Positions 61,545 through 64,000 of a DNA stretch of 64,000 nucleotides are shown piece after piece. Source of the stretch: Deltaproteobacteria bacterium. Lineage in GTDB: Bacteria > Myxococcota_A > UBA9160 > UBA4427. The first letter of the stretch is position 1; each line of letters opens with the position of its first letter. The notes beneath the pieces are model-generated. The model did no database searches. It saw only the letters and a program-made list of their open reading frames with translations, and was not told the DNA's origin. The stretch lies in the NCBI GenBank assembly GCA_019310975.1, contig JAFDDH010000001.1, positions 3,613-67,612 of the forward strand. The letters run 5' to 3'. The translations under genes and the position numbers were made by a program.

Positions 61545-62077
61545 GTGAATCCGGCCACAAGCCCTCGCACCACAGCCATCATCATCGGAAGGCCGCACCG
61601 AAGAGCGTGCCCACCGCGGTCATCACGGTGAGCGACACGCGCACGCAAGCGACCGACAAGGGCGGCGCGCTCGTCGCCGAGCTACTCGCGGCGGCCGGGC
61701 ACCTCGTGGCATCGCATGAGATCGTGGCCGACGATCCCGACCGCATCCGCGAGGCCGTCGGCAAGGGGCTGGCCGCCGACGGCGTGTGCGCACTGATCCT
61801 CACGGGCGGGACCGGCGTGGCCCCGCGCGACGTCACGCCGGATACCGTCGAGCCGCTGCTCGAGCGCGTCGTGCCCGGCTTCGGCGAAATCTTCCGTCAG
61901 CTCTCCTATCGGGACATCGGCAGCGCAGCGATCCTGTCTCGTGCGCTGGCCGGCCTCGCGCGGGGACGCGTCGTCTTCGTGATCCCCGGCTCCACGGGCG
62001 CCGTGCGGCTGGCGATGGAGAAGCTGATCGTGCCCGAGCTGGGGCATCTGGCCGGCGAGGCCGTCAAGACCCGCTGA
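61541..62077 (+). CDS. moaB: Molybdenum cofactor biosynthesis protein MoaB/MogA family
   Basis: ITVSDTR, TGGTG..RDVTPD, PGFGE, IPGS. Confidence 0.9.
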   Translation: MSESGHKPSHHSHHHRKAAPKSVPTAVITVSDTRTQATDKGGALVAELLAAAGHLVASHEIVADDPDRIREAVGKGLAADGVCALILTGGTGVAPRDVTPDTVEPLLERVVPGFGEIFRQLSYRDIGSAAILSRALAGLARGRVVFVIPGSTGAVRLAMEKLIVPELGHLAGEAVKTR

Positions 62078-62098
62078 GCGTGGGCCGAAGAGGCCCTT

Positions 62099-63424
62099 GT
62101 GTCCATCCACCGCATCATTGGCTGCCTGGCCCCGCTGGCACTCGCCGCCTGGCTGGTCGTGGCCCCTTCGCTCCAGCTCCATGGTGAGACTTTCATCTGG
62201 GTGGACGACGACGGGATCACCCACTTCAGCGACGATCCGGACGCCGTCCCGAACGCGAAGCGGTCCAGCCGGGCGCCCGACGTCGACCGCCTGCGTGCTC
62301 TCTGGGGCAACGACCGCTTGGGTCCGATCCCACAGACCCCGCGCGGAGGCTCCAGCAGCCAGAAGGACCGCGTGATTCGCCTGGTCGCCGGTGCCGTGGA
62401 TGACCTCGGCCGCGGTGAGACGGCGCGTGCGCTGGCGGCGCTGCGCAGTGCGGTGCGGATCGATCCAAGCCGCCCGGAGCCCTACTGGTACCTCGCACTG
62501 GTGGATCGCCAGCGCGGCCGCTACGCGAGCGCCACCAAGCACCTGGACAGCTTCCTCTCGACCGCCGGCCCCGAGCTCGATCGCTGGCGCAGCTCGGCGC
62601 GCCGGAGGCTGGCCCTGCTCGAGGACGAGCGCCGGCTGGCCGACGAGACTGTCTCGCGTGGCCCGCTTCGGCTGGTGGCCGCGGAGAGCCAGCACTTCAG
62701 CATCCAGATGGACAGCGAGCTCTCCGAGGTGAGCGCCGACTACGCGAGCACGGCGCTCGGCTATCTGGATGACGCGCGGCAGCAGGTGTCGCAGACGGTG
62801 GGCGTCGAGCCACTCGAGCCCTTGGGCGTCGTCTTCTACGGTCGCGCCGCCTACACGAAGGCCTTCAGCCATCGCTTCTCGTTCCAGACCGTCGGCTTCT
62901 TCGACGGACGCATCCACGTCTCGTCGCCCGCGCACCCGTCCGGCGAGCTGCGCTCGCTGCTCTTTCACGAGTACACCCACGCGGTATTCCGCGATCGCAC
63001 CGGAGGGGATCGGCCCTACTGGCTCAACGAGGGATTGGCCGAGCAGATCGAGCGCATGGCGCGCCACCAGCCGCCCTCCACGCGCAGTGAGCGGGCGAGC
63101 CTGCGCCGCCGCATCCTGGCCCACAATTGGATTCCGCTGCGCCGGCTGGCACCGAGCTTCTCCGGCCTATCGAACGAGGATGCGCGCGCCGCCTACCTCG
63201 AGGCCGTGGTCAGCGTCGAATGGATCGACTCGAAGACGGATCGCGAGCAGCGAAGAAGGTTGCTCGAGCGGATCGGGGCCGGGCTATCCACCGACCAGGC
63301 ATTGTACGAGGCACTCGGGCTCGACACCGAGGGCGTCGACCGGGCCGTCCAGCAGCAGATTCTGTCGGAATTCCCGGAAGTGGTCGAGGAGCCTCAGCCC
63401 GCCGTGCGACCCACTTCGTCCTGA
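62099..63424 (+). CDS. Exported DUF4124 + TPR + peptidase MA-like (HExxH) protein
   Basis: Signal peptide; WVDDDGITHFSDDP; TPR; LFHEYTH...WLNEGLAE. Confidence 0.85.
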   Translation: MSIHRIIGCLAPLALAAWLVVAPSLQLHGETFIWVDDDGITHFSDDPDAVPNAKRSSRAPDVDRLRALWGNDRLGPIPQTPRGGSSSQKDRVIRLVAGAVDDLGRGETARALAALRSAVRIDPSRPEPYWYLALVDRQRGRYASATKHLDSFLSTAGPELDRWRSSARRRLALLEDERRLADETVSRGPLRLVAAESQHFSIQMDSELSEVSADYASTALGYLDDARQQVSQTVGVEPLEPLGVVFYGRAAYTKAFSHRFSFQTVGFFDGRIHVSSPAHPSGELRSLLFHEYTHAVFRDRTGGDRPYWLNEGLAEQIERMARHQPPSTRSERASLRRRILAHNWIPLRRLAPSFSGLSNEDARAAYLEAVVSVEWIDSKTDREQRRRLLERIGAGLSTDQALYEALGLDTEGVDRAVQQQILSEFPEVVEEPQPAVRPTSS

Positions 63425-64000
63425 ACTCGGCAGGCCTCGAGCAGCACCTCGGTGACGCTGGCCTGGATGGTGGGCTCGGGCATGGCATCGCAGGGGCCGA
63501 AGCGAAACTGCCCGTGCTCGAGGACGACCGCCGCCATCGCGGCGTCGAAGCCGGCGTGCTTCTCGGTCGCGGCGTGGACCGGACGACCCATCTGGAACCA
63601 GACCGATGCGACGCCGTCATCCGAGCGCAGCTCGAGTCGGCCGGAGTTGCTGCCCATCTCGAGCAGCTGGAAGAGCGCCGAGGTCGGGATCTCCGAGAGC
63701 TCGCCGCTGAAGCTGAGCTTCGCGCTGGGCGGTCGCTCGAAGATGATGGTGTGCGCGTCGTCTGCGCTGGCGTCCGGTGTGGCCGACGCATCGATCTCGC
63801 AGAATGTGATCGTGCTCGAGCCGACCTCGATGTGATCGCCCGGAGTCAGAAGGTGCGGGGCGTCGAGCTGCGTCCCGTTCACGAAGGTGCCATTGGTGCT
63901 CTGTAGGTCGTAGACCACGAAGCTGCCGTCCTCGCAGCGCACCTCGGCGTGGCGGCGCGACACGTCATCCTGCCGGATTGCGAGCTCGCAGCTCGGATGC
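63394..64000 (-). CDS. FHA + DUF4388 domain protein (5' end outside the window)
   Basis: VSRRHA..DLQSTNGTFVNG FHA domain; FSGELSEI..LFQLLEMG..G.L DUF4388; frame open to the window edge. Confidence 0.88.
   Translation of the reverse strand, partial: HPSCELAIRQDDVSRRHAEVRCEDGSFVVYDLQSTNGTFVNGTQLDAPHLLTPGDHIEVGSSTITFCEIDASATPDASADDAHTIIFERPPSAKLSFSGELSEIPTSALFQLLEMGSNSGRLELRSDDGVASVWFQMGRPVHAATEKHAGFDAAMAAVVLEHGQFRFGPCDAMPEPTIQASVTEVLLEACRVQDEVGRTAG

Noticed and set aside
62099-63424. HExxH peptidase as the MoaD-MoaE processing enzyme
   Set aside because: It has a signal peptide (exported) whereas the fusion is cytoplasmic; not a JAMM protease

Overview
High-GC bacterial chromosome segment with about 62 protein-coding genes. 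No rRNA, tRNA or CRISPR array was recognised. Gene content suggests a Myxococcota-like organism (inference): romY-like gene before ftsEX, stand-alone MshEN protein, DUF4215 repeat, FHA-DUF4388 protein, bactofilin, and thiolase-like/DUF35 pairs. Most of the window is housekeeping: romY-ftsE-ftsX-envC-ctpA-xseA-xseB-ispA-dxs-tlyA; iscS, cysC; TPR, LolB-like and opp-type ABC genes; LPS GT4 and kinase; TetR with a gldAFG-like ABC system; suhB-tatD-metG-holB; moaD/E fusion and moaB. Accessory material lies mainly in 1-13.4 kb and 23.8-27.4 kb. The most notable items: (1) a hidden, multiply damaged tyrosine-integrase remnant (6933-7305) beside a hairpin-rich spacer and four co-oriented, lower-GC genes for uncharacterised exported proteins; (2) a hybrid histidine-kinase gene collapsed by three internal deletions (12604-13344); (3) an orphan protein resembling a catalytically degenerate PD-(D/E)xK nuclease; (4) two thiolase-like/DUF35 pairs that look like aldolases; (5) sigma28-like promoter motifs before polarity genes. 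All family assignments come from reading motifs by eye, not from database searches. I found no unambiguous new system; the best candidate is the exported-protein cassette at 1.8-6.4 kb.
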